DNA of 64,000 nt from positions 1 to 64,000 of the forward strand of contig NW_027591158.1 in the NCBI RefSeq assembly GCF_964213995.1. The letters are read 5' to 3'. Shown piece by piece: positions 1 to 12,888 of the stretch. The notes below the pieces were generated by a model. The model saw only the letters and a list, made by a program, of their open reading frames with translations, made no database searches and had not been told where the DNA came from. This DNA is from Mustelus asterias (Eukaryota). The translations under genes and the position numbers were made by a program. The stretch's first letter is position 1; each line of letters starts with the position of its first letter.

Positions 1-528
1 CACACACACACACTCTCACACACACACGCTCTCTCTCTCTCGCACACACACTCTCTCACACTCTCAGNNNNNNNNNNNNNNNNNNNNNNNNNNNNNNNNN
101 NNNNNNNNNNNNNNNNNNNNNNNNNNNNNNNNNNNNNNNNNNNNNNNNNNNNNNNNNNNNNNNNNNNNNNNNNNNNNNNNNNNNNNNNNNNNNNNNNNNN
201 NNNNNNNNNNNNNNNNNNNNNNNNNNNNNNNNNNNNNNNNNNNNNNNNNNNNNNCTCACACTCTCAGNNNNNNNNNNNNNNNNNNNNNNNNNNNNNNNNN
301 NNNNNNNNNNNNNNNNNNNNNNNNNNNNNNNNNNNNNNNNNNNNNNNNNNNNNNNNNNNNNNNNNNNNNNNNNNNNNNNNNNNNNNNNNNNNNNNNNNNN
401 NNNNNNNNNNNNNNNNNNNNNNNNNNGTCTCCATCACACATTGTCTCTCTTTCTCACACTCTCCCTCTCACACACACACACAAACTCATATTCTCTCTCT
501 CACACACACATTCTCTCTCACACACACA
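1..528. repeat. (CA)n/(CT)n low-complexity tract with N gaps
   Basis: Mixed cacaca/ctctct runs interrupted by N blocks; a similar tract lies at 1110-1590. Confidence 0.95.
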
Positions 529-3500
529 ATGTAGAGGGAGATATACGCTGTATCTCACCCGATGCTGTACCTGTCCGGGGTGTGTTTGATGTGTAGGCAG
601 CTTTTCCCTGCATCTATCCCCATGCTGTATCTGTCATTGGAATATTTGATTGTCATGATGTGGAGATTTGATAGTTATTTGATAGTGACAGTGTAGAGGG
701 AGCTTTATCTGTATCTAACCCCGTGCTGTACCTGTCCTGGAAGTGTTTCATGGGGACAGTGACGAGGGAGCTTTACTCTGTATCTAACCCCGTGCTGTAC
801 CTGTCCTGGGTGTGTTTGATGGGAACAGTGCAGAGGGAGCTTTACTCTGTATCTAACCCTGTGCTGTACCTGTCCTGGAAGTGTTTCATGGGGACAGTGA
901 CGAGGGAGCTTTACTCTGTATCTAACCCCGTGCTGTACCTGTCCTGGGAGTGTTGGATGGGGACAGTGTAGAGAGAACTTTACTCTGTATCGAACTCTGT
1001 GCTGTACCTGTACCTTTCCTGGGAGTGTTTGATGGGAACAGTGTCGAGGGAGCTTTACTTTGCATCTAATCCCGTGATTCAGTTACTGATAGACTGTAGA
1101 GGAAGATCAGGTCACACACACACTCTCCTTACACACTCTCAGACACACACACACACACACACACTCAAACACACACACATGCTATCTCTGTCTCTCACAC
1201 ACACATACACTATCTCTTACGCACTCTCTCACTCACACACATGCTCTTTCTCTCTGTCACACACACTCTTTCTCTCTCTCTCACACACTTTCTCTCTCAC
1301 ACACATTCTCTCACACACACTTTCACCCATGCATTCTCTCTCACTGACACACTCTCACACACATGCACTCAGTCTCTCACACACACACAGATACACTCAC
1401 TCTCTCGCACACACACACTCTCACACACACAATCACTCTCACACACACAATCACTCTCACACACACACTCTCTCTCTCGCACACACTCTCTCTCACACAC
1501 TCTCTCTCTCTCACACACACACTCTCTTTCTCACACACACACTCTTTCTCACACACACTCTCTCACACGCACACACTCTCTCTCGCACANNNNNNNNNNN
1601 NNNNNNNNNNNNNNNNNNNNNNNNNNNNNNNNNNNNNNNNNNNNNNNNNNNNNNNNNNNNNNNNNNNNNNNNNNNNNNNNNNNNNNNNNNNNNNNNNNNN
1701 NNNNNNNNNNNNNNNNNNNNNNNNNNNNNNNNNNAAGATTTGAGCTGTATCTAACCCCGTGCTGTACCTGTCCTGGGTCTGTTTGATGTGCACAATGTGG
1801 AGGCAGCTTTTCCATTAATCTCGCACCATGCTGTATCTGTCATTGGATTATTTGATGGGGACAGTGTATAGGGAGCTTCACTCTGTATCTCACCCCGTGC
1901 TGTACCTGTCCTGGGAGTGTTTGATGGGGACAGTGTCGAGGGAGCTTCAGTCTGTATCTAAACCTGTGCTGTACATGTCCTGGGAGTGTTTGATGGGGGT
2001 AGTGTAGAGGGAGCTTTACTCTGTATCTAACCCCGTGCTGTCCCTGTCCTGGGAGTGTTTGATGGGGACAGTGTAGAGGGAGCTTTACTCTGTATCTAAC
2101 CCCGTGCTGTCCCTGTCCTGGGAGTGTTTGATGGGGACAGTGTAGAGGGAGATTTTCTCTGTATCTAACCCCGTGCTGTACCTGTCCTGGGAGTGTTTGA
2201 TGGGGATAGTGTAGAGGGAGCTTCACTCTGCATCTAACCCTGTGCTGTACATGTCCTGGGAGTGTTTGATGAGGACAGTGAAGTGGGAGCTTTACTCTAT
2301 ATCTAACCACTTGCTGTATCTGTCGTGGGAGTGTTTGATGAGGACAGTGAAGTGGGAGCTTTACTCGATATCTAACCACGAGCTGTACCTGTGCTGGGAG
2401 TGTTTGATGGGGACAGTGGAGACGGAGATTTATTCTGTATCTCACCCCGTGCTGTATCTGTTAGAACATAAGAACATAAGAAATAGGAGCAGGAGTAGGC
2501 CATCTAGCCCCTCGAGCCTGCCCCGCCATTCAATAAGATCATGGCTGATCTGACGTGGATCAGTACCACTTACCCGCCTGATCCCCATAACCCTTAATTC
2601 CCTTACCGATCAGGAATCCATCCATCCGCGCTTTAAACATATTCAGCGAGGTAGCCTCCACCACCTCAGTGGGCAGAGAATTCCAGAGATTCACCACCCT
2701 CTGGGAGAAGACGTTCCTCCTCAACTCTGTCTTAAACCGACCCCCCTTTATTTTGAGGCTGTGTCCTCTAGTTTTAACTTCCTTACTAAGTGGAAAGAAT
2801 CTCTCCGCCTCCACCCTATCCAGCCCCCGCATTATCTTATAATATCTGTTCCGGGAGTGTTTGATGGGGACAGTGTCGAGGGAGATTTGCACTGTATCTA
2901 ACTCCATGCTGTAGCTGTCCTGGGAGTGTTTGATGGGGACAGTGTCAAGGGAGCTTTACTCTATATCTAACCACTTGCTGTACCTGTCCTGGGAGTGTTT
3001 CATGGGGACAGTGAAGAGGGAGCTTTACTCTGTATCTAACCCCGTGCTGTACCTGTCCTTGGTTTGTCTGATGGGGATATTGTAGAGGGAGCTTTACTCC
3101 ATATCTAACCCCCTGCTGTATCTGTTCTTGGAGTGTTTGATGGGGATAGTGCAGAGGGAGCTTTTCTTTGTATCTAACCCATGCTGTGCCTGTCCTGGGA
3201 GTGTTTGATGGGGACAGTATCGAGGGAACTTTACTCTGTATCTAACCCCGTGCTGTACCTGTCCTGGGAGTCTTTGATGGGGACAATGTCGAGGGAGCTT
3301 TACTCTGTATCTAAACCCGTGCTGTACCTGTCCTGGGAGTGTTTGATGGGGACAGTGGAGAGAGAGCTTTACTCTGTATCTAAACCCGTGCTGTACCTGT
3401 CCTGGGAGTGTTTGATGAGGACAGTGTAGAGGGAGCTTTACTCTGTATCTAACCCTGTGCTGTACCTGTCCTGGGAGTGTTTGATGGGGACAGTGTAGAG

Positions 3501-3816
3501 GGAGCTTTACTCTGTATCTAACCCCGTGTTGTACCTGTCCTGGGAGTGTTTGATGGGGACAGTCTCGAGGGAGCTTTACTCTGTATCTTACCCCGTGCTG
3601 TACCTGTCCTGGGAGTGTTTGATGGGGACAGTGTCGAGCGAGCTTCACTCTGTATCTAAACCCGTGCTGTCCCTGTCCTGGGAGTGTTTGATGGGGACAG
3701 TGTAGAGGGAGCTTTACTCTGTATCTAACCCCGTGCTGTACCTGTCCTGGGAGTGTTTGATGGGGACAGTGTAGAGGGAGCTTTACTCTGTATCTAACCC
3801 CGTGCTGTACCTGTCC
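529..3816 (+). repeat. 69-bp tandem satellite (ctgtatctaaccccgtgctgtacctgtcctgggagtgtttgatggggacagtgtagagggagctttact)n
   Basis: The unit repeats dozens of times and explains the 23-aa periodic ORFs. It is interrupted by a CA/CT tract, a gap and a CR1 fragment. Confidence 0.95.
2461..2842 (-). mobile_element. CR1-like LINE 3' fragment inserted in the satellite
   Basis: Translates to YKIMRGLDRV...TRGHSLKI...FSQRVVNLWNSLP (CR1 ORF2 C-terminus); (agaacata) tail. Confidence 0.9.
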
Positions 3817-3992
3817 ATTCCCCAAGTCCCTCTTTCCTCTCTGCTCCTCGCTGTCTTTCCGGAGGAAATGGGATGGGAAGCTGATGGGAAAAGATTTGCA
3901 GGGCTCCAGGGACAAGGTGGAGCAGTGGGACTGGCTCGATTGCTCTAGCAGAGAGTCGACACCAGCTGAATGGGCTGAATGGTTGACACACA

Positions 3993-4325
3993 ATAGATAG
4001 TCAATATCTTTTCCCAAAGGTAGGGGAGTCTAAAACTCGAGGGCATGGGTTGAAGGTGAGAGGGGAGAGATACAAAAGTGTCCGGAGGAGCAATCTTTTC
4101 ACACAGAGAGCGATGAGCGTCTGGAACAAGCTGCCAGAGGTAGTAGTAGAGACGGACACAATTTTATCTTTTAAAAAGCATTTAGACAGTTACATGGGTA
4201 AGATAGATGTAGAGGGATATGGGCCAAATGTGGGGAATTGGGACTAGCTTAGGGGTTATAAGAAAAAGGGCAGCATGACAAGTTGGGCCAAAGGGCCTGT
4301 TTCCATGCTGTAAACATCTATGACA
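3993..4325 (+). mobile_element. CR1-like LINE 3' fragment
   Basis: KVRGERYK...FTQR..SVWNKLP motif and CR1 3' UTR. Confidence 0.85.
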
Positions 4326-4344
4326 ACTTGTCATTTGGGTCTCA

Positions 4345-4982
4345 ACTTCAAGTTTCTAGGTGTCCAGATCACCAACAACCTGTCCTGGTCCCCCCATGCC
4401 GACACTATAATTGAGAAAGCCCACCAACACGTCTACTTTCTCAGGAGGCTAAGGAAATTTGGAATGTCAGCTACGACTCTCACCAACTTCTACAGATGCA
4501 CCATAGAAAGCATCCTTTCTGTATCACGGCTTGGTATGGTTTCTGCTCTGTCCAAGACTGCAAGAAATTACAAAAGGTCGTGAATGTAGCCCCGTCCATC
4601 ACGCAGACTAGCCTCCCATTCATTGACTCAGTCTACACTTCCTGCGGTCTTAGAAAAGCAGCCAGCATAATTAAGGACCTCATGCACACATTCTCTCTTC
4701 CACCTTCTTCCGTCAGGAAAAAGATACAAAGTCTGAGATCACGTACCAACCGACTCAAGAACTTCCCGGCTGTCCTCAGACTTTTGAATGGACCTGCTAC
4801 ATATTAGTTTTATCTTTCTCTACACCCTACCTATGACTGCAACACTACATTCTGCACCCTCTCTTTTACTTCTCCCCGATGTACTCTATGAACGGTATGT
4901 TTTGTCTGTACAGCATACAAGAAACAATACTTTTCACTGTATCCCAATACATGCGACAGTAATAAATCAAATCAGATCAAAA
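4345..4982 (+). mobile_element. Non-LTR retrotransposon 3' fragment (Rex1/Babar-like)
   Basis: FKFLGVQITNNLSW...FLRRLRKFGM...FYRCTIESIL with a frameshift; aataaatcaaatc tail. Confidence 0.8.
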
Positions 4983-5204
4983 TCCTCCCAATTCTTTCCT
5001 CCACGATAGGTCGCAGCATTTAAAGAACACGCCCAGGGCCCAGTGCTGAGTCTGAGGGTATCTGACTACAGTAAGGTGAGTGATACAGGAGGGTCTCACT
5101 GTCTGAGGGAGGTGAGTCTTAGCCGGGGGGGTGCGTGAGTGACCCAGGTTAATCTGACACTCCAGGGACAGTTGGAATGGAGCTTTCCCCCGGGCTGTCC
5201 CCTC

Positions 5205-5410
5205 CCCGTGTCTGCGTGGGTTTCCTCCGGGTGCTCCGGTTTCCTCCCACAGTCTGAAAGATGTGCCGGTTAGGGTGCATTGGCCGTGCTAAATTCTCCC
5301 TCAGTGTAACCCGAACAGGCGCCGGAGTGTGGGCGACTAGGGGATTCTCACAGTAACTTCATTGTAGTGTTAATGTAAGCCTACTTCTGACACTAATAAA
5401 TAAACTGAAA
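5205..5410 (+). mobile_element. Elasmobranch tRNA-derived SINE, 5'-truncated
   Basis: gtgtctgcgtgggtttcctccgggtgctccggtttcctcccacagtc core; aataaataaac tail. Confidence 0.85.
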
Positions 5411-5599
5411 CTGAAGGTCAAGGTGCTGCTGTGACAATGCACTCTTGTTTAAACACTCTGCAATGCTGAGACTGGGAGAAGTGACCACCAGGGGGCAGCA
5501 TTGCAGCTTCTGTCCCCCTATTGAAACTGGGATTGTTGCTCCATCTGCTGCACAATCCCAACCCCATCCACTGGGGGCAACCTGGACAATGGCTGCAGA

Positions 5600-5935
5600 C
5601 AGGACTCACTGCGCACGCGCAGCAATGACACCCACCGCCGGCGGCCATCTTGCGTTGCCAAGGGAGACGGCCAGCGGCCATATTCCGTTGCCAAGGGAGA
5701 CGGCGGCGGCGACCATCTTGCGTTGCCAGGGGAGACGGCATCAATGCGGCGGCGTCCCGCGCGCTGACCTCTGGGAGCATTCCCGTCCCGCACATGCGCA
5801 CAGGCAGCCCTTCCCCCTCGACTGACCCCCCTGTTGTCCCGCCAACGAGCATGGGCCGGGCCGGAGTGGGCAAGAGGTGACACTGGGGAGGAGCAGCCCC
5901 CCCGGGAGCGTTACAGCGACGCCTGGTGGCCAGGA
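5600..5935. promoter_or_regulatory. CpG island with repeated YY1-like, RFX X-box-like and NRF1-like motifs
   Basis: CpG-dense; GCGGCCATCTTG and three GTTGCCA(A/G)GG(G)AGAC repeats at about 5640-5740; tgcgcacgcgca at about 5610. Confidence 0.55.
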
Positions 5936-7074
5936 AGGGCAATAGCAGCAGCACAGTCTCTGCCCAAAGGCTTCCCCAGTTCAGCTGCTCAGAGACACTG
6001 GGAATGTCTTCAAGTGGAAACTTCAGCTTCTCACATTCACCCCCTGTGTTCAGTCATTGTTTCCTAGACAAAGCAGTGAAGAACATTGGGAGAACATGCT
6101 TCCAGCTGAAGAATTCCACAAAATCAGCAGAATTGTAAAATTATGTCAACTCTTGTACTCTGATGTAAAGAAGTAATTTTATATCATGGGCAGTCCTCAT
6201 TTATTGGGAGACTAAGAGGCGTTACCCAATGACAGGATTGGCTTGTTGCTCAGTGTTGTCAAGAATTGGCCACCGAACAACATTGGTTGTAGCCCAATAA
6301 CTTTACCTGCCCCTGCCTGTCTTTCTCTGCGCCTCTGGTTCTCTGTTCACCTCGGTGTCCATCCTGCACTCTCAATATTTTGGCGGCTAATGTCTGTCTC
6401 CTCTCTCTGTGTCTCAAAGCCCCTCTCTCCCTCAACCGTTTTCCAGCAACGTGCAGAATTTAGAACATGCAATTTCTCCCAGTCTCCTATTTCAATAAAT
6501 TCCCCAAGCCCCATTAGGGGACAGCTGATGTGTTAGCCAAAATATCATCATGACAACTCTGAGGAAAGTTTAAACTTGAAGCAGGTGCACTGAAATCCGA
6601 CAATCTGTCAGATAAATGTGAGGTTGGAGTCAAATTTACGTCCTTTCGATGTGTGGAGAGAACTTTATTGAGAGTTCGAATCTTAGCAGTATTGCTGTGG
6701 TTTCAAATGTTGTAACACGAGTATAGTTTAACAGAAAGGCCTGGAACACTCAAAACAGGTAAAGCAATTAATTGATGAGGATTCAGACTGAAGTTCGTAT
6801 TAGTTCCGTGCATGGGTCCACCTGAATTTAAGTATATTATAACAAGAATCATGAGAACAAGAAAAAATACAGCAGCAAAATCCTGCAACAAGATCCTTCA
6901 GTAATCTGAGAATTCACTGATCTCCCATTTACCTCACATCACCACCAGAGGGCGATCCCTCACCGTGTTTTTGTGTTCACTGTTTCAGGAGCGGGTTCCA
7001 TAACACATTGATATGTTGGGGAGCCACAATCCAAGAGAACAGGATGAATTATTCAATTACCCGGTTAAAGGATA

Positions 7075-7305
7075 GAGAGCAGTAATGCAGGAGAACTCTG
7101 CTTTAATTGTTGGAATACACAATGATATGTTACAGAGCAGAAATATAAGAGAACTGCATTGCTTGTTGGAATACACAGTGATATGTTACAGAGCAGTAAT
7201 CCAGGAGAATTGGATTCATTGTTAGATTACACAGTGATATGTCACAGAGCAGTAATCAAGGAGAACTGCATTAATTGTTAGAATACACTGTAATATTTAC
7301 AGAGC
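7075..7305 (+). repeat. 4-5 degenerate copies of the 56-bp unit expanded at 50.8-54.2 kb
   Basis: cacagtgatatgttacagagcagtaatccaggagaa... repeated about every 56 bp. Confidence 0.9.
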
Positions 7306-7940
7306 AGATATGGATGCTAAATTTGCAGACAACACAAAGATAGGTAGGACGATAAATGATGAAGTGCGTGTGAAGATACGAAAAAGAAACATAAATAGGT
7401 TAAGTGAATTGGCAAAGCTCCGCCAAATTGAGTATAATGTGGTCAAATGTGAAAATGCCCCTATTGGCAGGATGAATATAAAATACACTTAATATTTAAA
7501 CGGTGAAAGATTACAAAATTCTGAGGTACAGAGAGATTGGGCTGTCCTAGGGCACGAATCGAAAGGGGCTAAGGTACAGGTATAGTAATTAATTAAAAAC
7601 GTCATAAAATATGATCATTCACTACGAGGGGATCTATTATAAAATAGGAAGGGTATGTTTCCGTTGTACGGGGCATTGGTGAGACCACCACCTGGAGTAT
7701 TGCGGACAATACGTATCTCCTTATCTAAAGAAAGATGGCAATGCGTTAAAAAACGTTCAGAGAAGGTTTGCTGTAATAGTATCCAGGTACGTGCGGGTTA
7801 TCTGTATCCGCGGTAAGAATATTGATGTTGGGTTTGTATCCACTTGAGTTTCGAAGACTCAGAGATAACTTCATTGAAACCTTTGAAACCATAAGGGGTA
7901 TTAACGGTGTGGATGTGGAGCGGCTATTCCCTCGTGTCCG
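7305..7940 (+). mobile_element. Degenerate CR1-like RT fragment
   Basis: KFADNTKIG and LGLYPLEFRRLR motifs with stops and frameshifts. Confidence 0.8.
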
Positions 7941-8253
7941 TGTTGTAGCTGCACTGGGTATTTCTGGGTCTTTATATTTCTCGGCGTGTGTATATCTGGG
8001 CTCTTGTTTCTGCGTCTGTTCCCAATGCGGTTGTAATGTCCACGGGAGGGCGCTCTCTGATCACTTACCGAACATCACAGTTGCCTTCTGCAGAGAGTGA
8101 CTATTTGCAGATATAAAAATGGGTGGGGAAATAAACCCCAGCCAATCGCACCACACCTTGCTGACTCTTTCAACTTCTCACATTCCAGGTCCGGTACAGA
8201 CAGAGATCATTGTTTCCGTTTCTGGAGCTCAGACTGGAACGCTGGGGGTGAAA

Positions 8254-8724
8254 ATGTTCCTGATTCTAGTTATTGCACTGATCCCAGGTCAGTGATTCTG
8301 GTCACAGATTGTAAAGTATATCGCAAACCTTGTGCAATTTCCCTTTCCCAGCGCTGTGTGACTATCGTCTTCCTCTGTCTCCTAACCCGCTTTGTATCCG
8401 CTGTTTATTTTCAGAGATGAGTAATGGAGACTCAGTGTTCCAGTCAGAACCAGGAGTTGAAGCAGCAGAGGGTGAAGATTCAGCAATACCCTGCAGTTAC
8501 TCTGTGCCGAGTTCAGCTATACAACATGACCTGTTCTGGTATCGCCAGTATCCACACCGAGCTCCTCAGTATCTGCTCAGAGCCAATAGTTATGGGTTTA
8601 CCGATACGGCTCCCGGCTTTGGACACTTCAGCGGGAATCTCAACCAGACACAAAGCACTTTTCACTTGTCCATGAAAGATTTGAAGATGAGAGACAGCGC
8701 CGTGTATTACTGTGCACTGAGACC
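8254..8724 (+). CDS. TCR alpha/delta-type V segment V1 (leader 8254-8287, V exon 8415-8724)
   Basis: Leader MFLILVIALIP then G|gtcagt; acceptor ttttcag; DSVFQ...IPC...WYRQ...DSAVYYCALRP; 23-RSS follows. Confidence 0.92.
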
Positions 8725-8763
8725 CACAGTGAGTGAGGCTCCCGCGGGCCTCAGACAAAAAGT
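8725..8763 (+). other. RSS of V1: CACAGTG-23-ACAAAAAGT
   Basis: Heptamer, spacer and nonamer counted directly. Confidence 0.95.
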
Positions 8764-9164
8764 GACGCAGACGTTTCAGGGTCAGAGAAAAAGAGTCGGA
8801 TCTCAACGAAAATGCGCAGAAAATGAAGGCCACAATACAGCCCCAGCTGAATAATATTCCCCCCACTGAGCTCAGCCATTGTCAGTGTTGTGAAATGTCA
8901 CATTTGCCGTCCTATTATTCCCGGATCAAATCCAACCATTCTCCGATCCCATCCGCACAAAATCTGCAGATTATCCCGGGTGAATAACTTCCTTAATCTG
9001 TACTTAGAAAGATTCTGGATTCGGTGCCTATCTGTCAGGCAACACATTTTAAAAGTGATCTATTGTCAAATGCAGCCTCAGAATTGTCCCATTTTCAAGT
9101 CCGTGGAGCAGAAATAATAACTGATTGAAATCAGAGCTTTTCTATTTGGGGAATAGAGGGGTAC

Positions 9165-9622
9165 AGTGAAGATTTACCATGCTGATTCCTGGGATGGCAG
9201 CTCTGCCATATGAGGAGAGATTAAATCCGTTAGGATTATATTCACTGGGGTTTCGAAGAGTGAGAGGGGATCTCATAGAAACTTATAAAATTCGAACAGG
9301 GTTAGACAGGGTAGATTCAGGAGACTGTTCCCAATGGTGGAATCCAGAACTAGGCGTCATCTTTTGAAGATAAGGGATAAACTGAGGTGAAGGGAAATCC
9401 CTTCATCCAGAGAGTGTTGGATGCATGGAATTCAGTACCACCGAATGTAGTTGAGGCCAAAACGTTGTCTGATTTCAAGAAGAAATTTGATATAGCTCTT
9501 GGGGCTAAAGGGGTCGAGGGATATGGGCGAGGGGGAAGGGGGATCAGGATATTGAACTCCATGATCAGCTATGATTACGATGATTGGCGGAGAAGGCTCC
9601 TGCTTCTAGTTTCTATGTTATG
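9165..9622 (+). mobile_element. CR1-like LINE 3' fragment
   Basis: LIPGMAALPYEERL...RRVRGDLIETYKI. Confidence 0.85.
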
Positions 9623-9714
9623 AGTCCGTGAAATATTTCCTGGTGCAGAGTTGAGTGACTACTTATCCCCGGTATACTTACAGCACTAACTATTAATTAT
9701 GTTGAGTCATGGCC

Positions 9715-10002
9715 ATTAGGCTCAACGAGCCTGTCCCGACAACAATCCCACCCAGGCCCTATCCCCGTAACCCACATATTTAACCTGCTATCCCCTGACA
9801 CTTAGGGTAATCTTGCGTGGCCAATCCAGCAAACCTGCACAGTTTAGGAGTGTGGAAGGAAACTGGAGCACCTGAGGAAACCCACGCAGACACGGGGAGA
9901 AAGTGCAAACTCCACAGAGACAGTGACCCGAGGCTGGAATCGAACCCGTGTCCCTGGGGCTGTGAGGCAGCAATGCTAACCACTGCGCCACCGTGTCACC
10001 CA
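9715..10002 (-). mobile_element. tRNA-derived SINE (HE1-like)
   Basis: Reverse strand reads cacggtggcgcagtggttagcattgctgcc (A box) and gggttcgattcc (B box). Confidence 0.85.
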
Positions 10003-10249
10003 TAAATGATTAAATTAGTTTCACTTTTCACCTGAATTAGAAAAAAAGGATCTGCCTTCAGAAAGATTGATGGACTGAGTTCTGAGGAAAGCGAGTTCAC
10101 CAGTTAATGAGACACAATAACTGGTTATGTGGGAGAGAGCAGAGACAGAACAAGGAACTTAGAAATACGTTTACGGCCAGGGAAGGAATGTGATTGGAAA
10201 GTGCCAGCTATATTAAATCATTAACTAACAGTGATTGCTTCACTGGTTA

Positions 10250-10572
10250 CGGGGCGGCATGATGCCACAATGGTTAGCGCTGCTGTCTCACAGTGTCAGG
10301 GACCCGGGTTCAATTCCGGCTTCGGATCACTTTCTGTATGAAGTTTGCATGTTCTCCCCGTGTCTACGTGGGTCCCCTTCGGCTGCTGCTGATTCCTCCC
10401 ACAGTCCAAAGATGTGCAGGTTGGGTTGATTGGCCATGCTAAATTGACCCGAGTCTCAGGGGATACGCAGGGTAAATACACGGAGTTGCGGGAGTGGGGC
10501 CTGGGTGGGATTGTGACCGGTACAGACTCGATGGGGCGAATGGCCTCCTTCTGCACTGTAGGGATTTTATGA
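10250..10572 (+). mobile_element. tRNA-derived SINE (HE1-like)
   Basis: ggcggcat...tggttagcgctgctg...gggttcaattcc; CR1-type 3' tail. Confidence 0.85.
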
Positions 10573-10717
10573 TTCGCAGCTGACGTCAGCTCAGGGAGAT
10601 GAGCCAATCGCAGCACTGAGAAACGCCTCCCAGTTTCCTAATAATAGAAGCTGCCTCTGATCTGAGTTCACTCTGTGATATAAGACTAGAGGCAGCAACT
10701 TATTTTCCTTTCTTCTC

Positions 10718-11285
10718 TAGAACATAGAACAGTACAGCACAGAACAGGCCCTTCGGCCCACGATGTTGTGCCGAGCTTTATCTGAAACCAAGATAAAGCT
10801 ATACCACTCCCTATCATCCTGGTGTGCTCCATGTGCCTATCCAATAACCGCTTAAATGTTCCTAAAGTGTCTGACTCCACTATCACTGCAGGCAGTCCAT
10901 TCCACACCCCAACCACTCTCTGTGGAAAGAACCTACCTCTGACATCCTTCCTATATCTCCCATCATGAACCCCATAGTTATGCCCCTTGTAATAGCTCCA
11001 TCCACCCGAGGAAATAGTCTTTGAACGTTCACTCTATCTATCCCCTTCATCATTTTATAAACCTCTATTAAGTCTCCCCTCAGCCTCCTCCGCTCCAGAG
11101 AGAACAGCCCTAGCTCCCTCAACCTTTCCTCATAAGACCTACCCTCCAAACCAGGCAGCATCCTGGTAAATCTCCTCTGCACTCTTTCCAGCGCTTCCAC
11201 ATCCTTCTTATATTGAGGTGACCAGAACTGCACACAATATTCCAAATGTGGTTCACCAAGGTCCTGTACAGTTGCAGCATAACCC
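10718..11285 (-). mobile_element. CR1-like LINE 3' fragment
   Basis: [12 protein letters not shown]...[13 protein letters not shown]; (agaacat) tail. Confidence 0.9.
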
Positions 11286-11299
11286 CACTGACTCAAGTC

Positions 11300-11616
11300 G
11301 CGGAAAAGCAGCCAGCATAATTAAGGGCCGCATGCATCCCGACATTCTCTCTTCCACCTTCTGTTGGGAAAAAGATACAAAAGCCTGAGGCCACGTACTA
11401 ACAGACTTAAGAACAGCTTCTTCCATGTTGCCATCAGCGTGTTGAATGGACCAAAGTTGATCTTTCTCTCCATCCTACCTATGACCGTAGCCATACATGC
11501 TGTACTTTCCCCTTTCCTTCTTTAAGTACAATATGTTTATTCGGATAGTGTGCAAGAAACAACACTTTTCACTGTATGTTAATACATGTGACAATGATAA
11601 ATCAAATCAAATCAAA
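11300..11616 (+). mobile_element. Rex1/Babar-like LINE 3' fragment
   Basis: Homologous to 4650-4980; (aaatc)n tail. Confidence 0.75.
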
Positions 11617-12888
11617 AATGCAGTCTCGAGTTACTGAACTTTTCTGAGACTCACAAAGACCAGCGTCTGCAGCAGTTGTGGGTTGTCAGCAGATGGTAGC
11701 ATTGTATCATTTGTAGACTCAAGATAAATAAACAGTTTTGAGGTGATTTTCAATATAAATTTAATACCTTGCTTCCCCAGAAAGCAACGGCATCCGCATC
11801 CCTCTCAATAATATCCACAAGGAAATCTGGCCCAAGGATAGGGAATTTAATACTTGATTTATATTCATCCACTCGCGAATGAATGTGTCTCTTAACTGCT
11901 AATTATTTCTTTACATTCACTTTAATTTTTTGGAAGAGCTGGCTACTTTTTAAATCCAGATTTTATTAAGTATTATTTCATTATAATTGGACACAAATCT
12001 AATTTTCTCTGAGTTTTCCATTATTGAGTTCTAATGTGTTCCAGAGAGCCTTCACAACCCTGCCTGTATTCTGTTCCATCTATATTAAAATGTGTTTGCT
12101 TATTTGAAGATCACACTCCGGCACATTTGAGGCCTTAAGTCACTCTGACCTATAACACACTGCAAAATTCATGGGCGCATTGGACTGATTTGCTGTGCAG
12201 TTATTTGAGTTCTCAGTGAATTGAAGCAAGTGCGCTGTCGAATGCTGGCACTGGATTTTATTAAATGTCGTCGCAGCTGCAACATGACTCCGATTGCAAC
12301 TGAATGGATGTTTCGGGCTAATATTTTATGGACATTGTCGTCTCAGCACACGACAAATGACTCGCAACCGCCCACCACCCCTCCCTTCACTTCCTCTTCC
12401 CCAATACCAGCCTTCATTAATCTCACATCCACTTCTTTAATTCACCATCACTAGATACAATAGTGAAGATATCCCGAACGGGGTTGGGGGTGGGGGGGGG
12501 GGGGGGGCGGCGCAGGGGGACGTGTGATGTGAGAGATCGGGTGGTGGGGCCGGTACCGTGAGGCTGGTAGGGGTGGTGCTGGCAGATATTTTCGTTGTGG
12601 GATGAGTGTTGATGTAAAATGCTAAGGTCAGTAACTTCCTCCCGAATTTGACAGGCGAATATTTTATTCTGGAACTCAATGTGTCCAGCACATGTTAAAT
12701 CGCTGATTTTAACTGATTCAAATCCAGACAGCTTTGGATCTGAAGTCGTTTCCTTTTGAATTTCTACAATTGTTGTTCATGGATTTACCGGGATGAATAA
12801 AGCAAAATCGACATCAGTGTGTTTCTGATTGCGATGAGTTTCTGTAGCAAAACATCAGATAAATACATTGTGGTGATAGAATAGCTTA

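Noticed and set aside
723-4017. Long ORFs with 23-aa repeats (201, 251 and 307 aa)
   Set aside because: They are translations of the 69-bp satellite and CA/CT tracts, with no gene structure.
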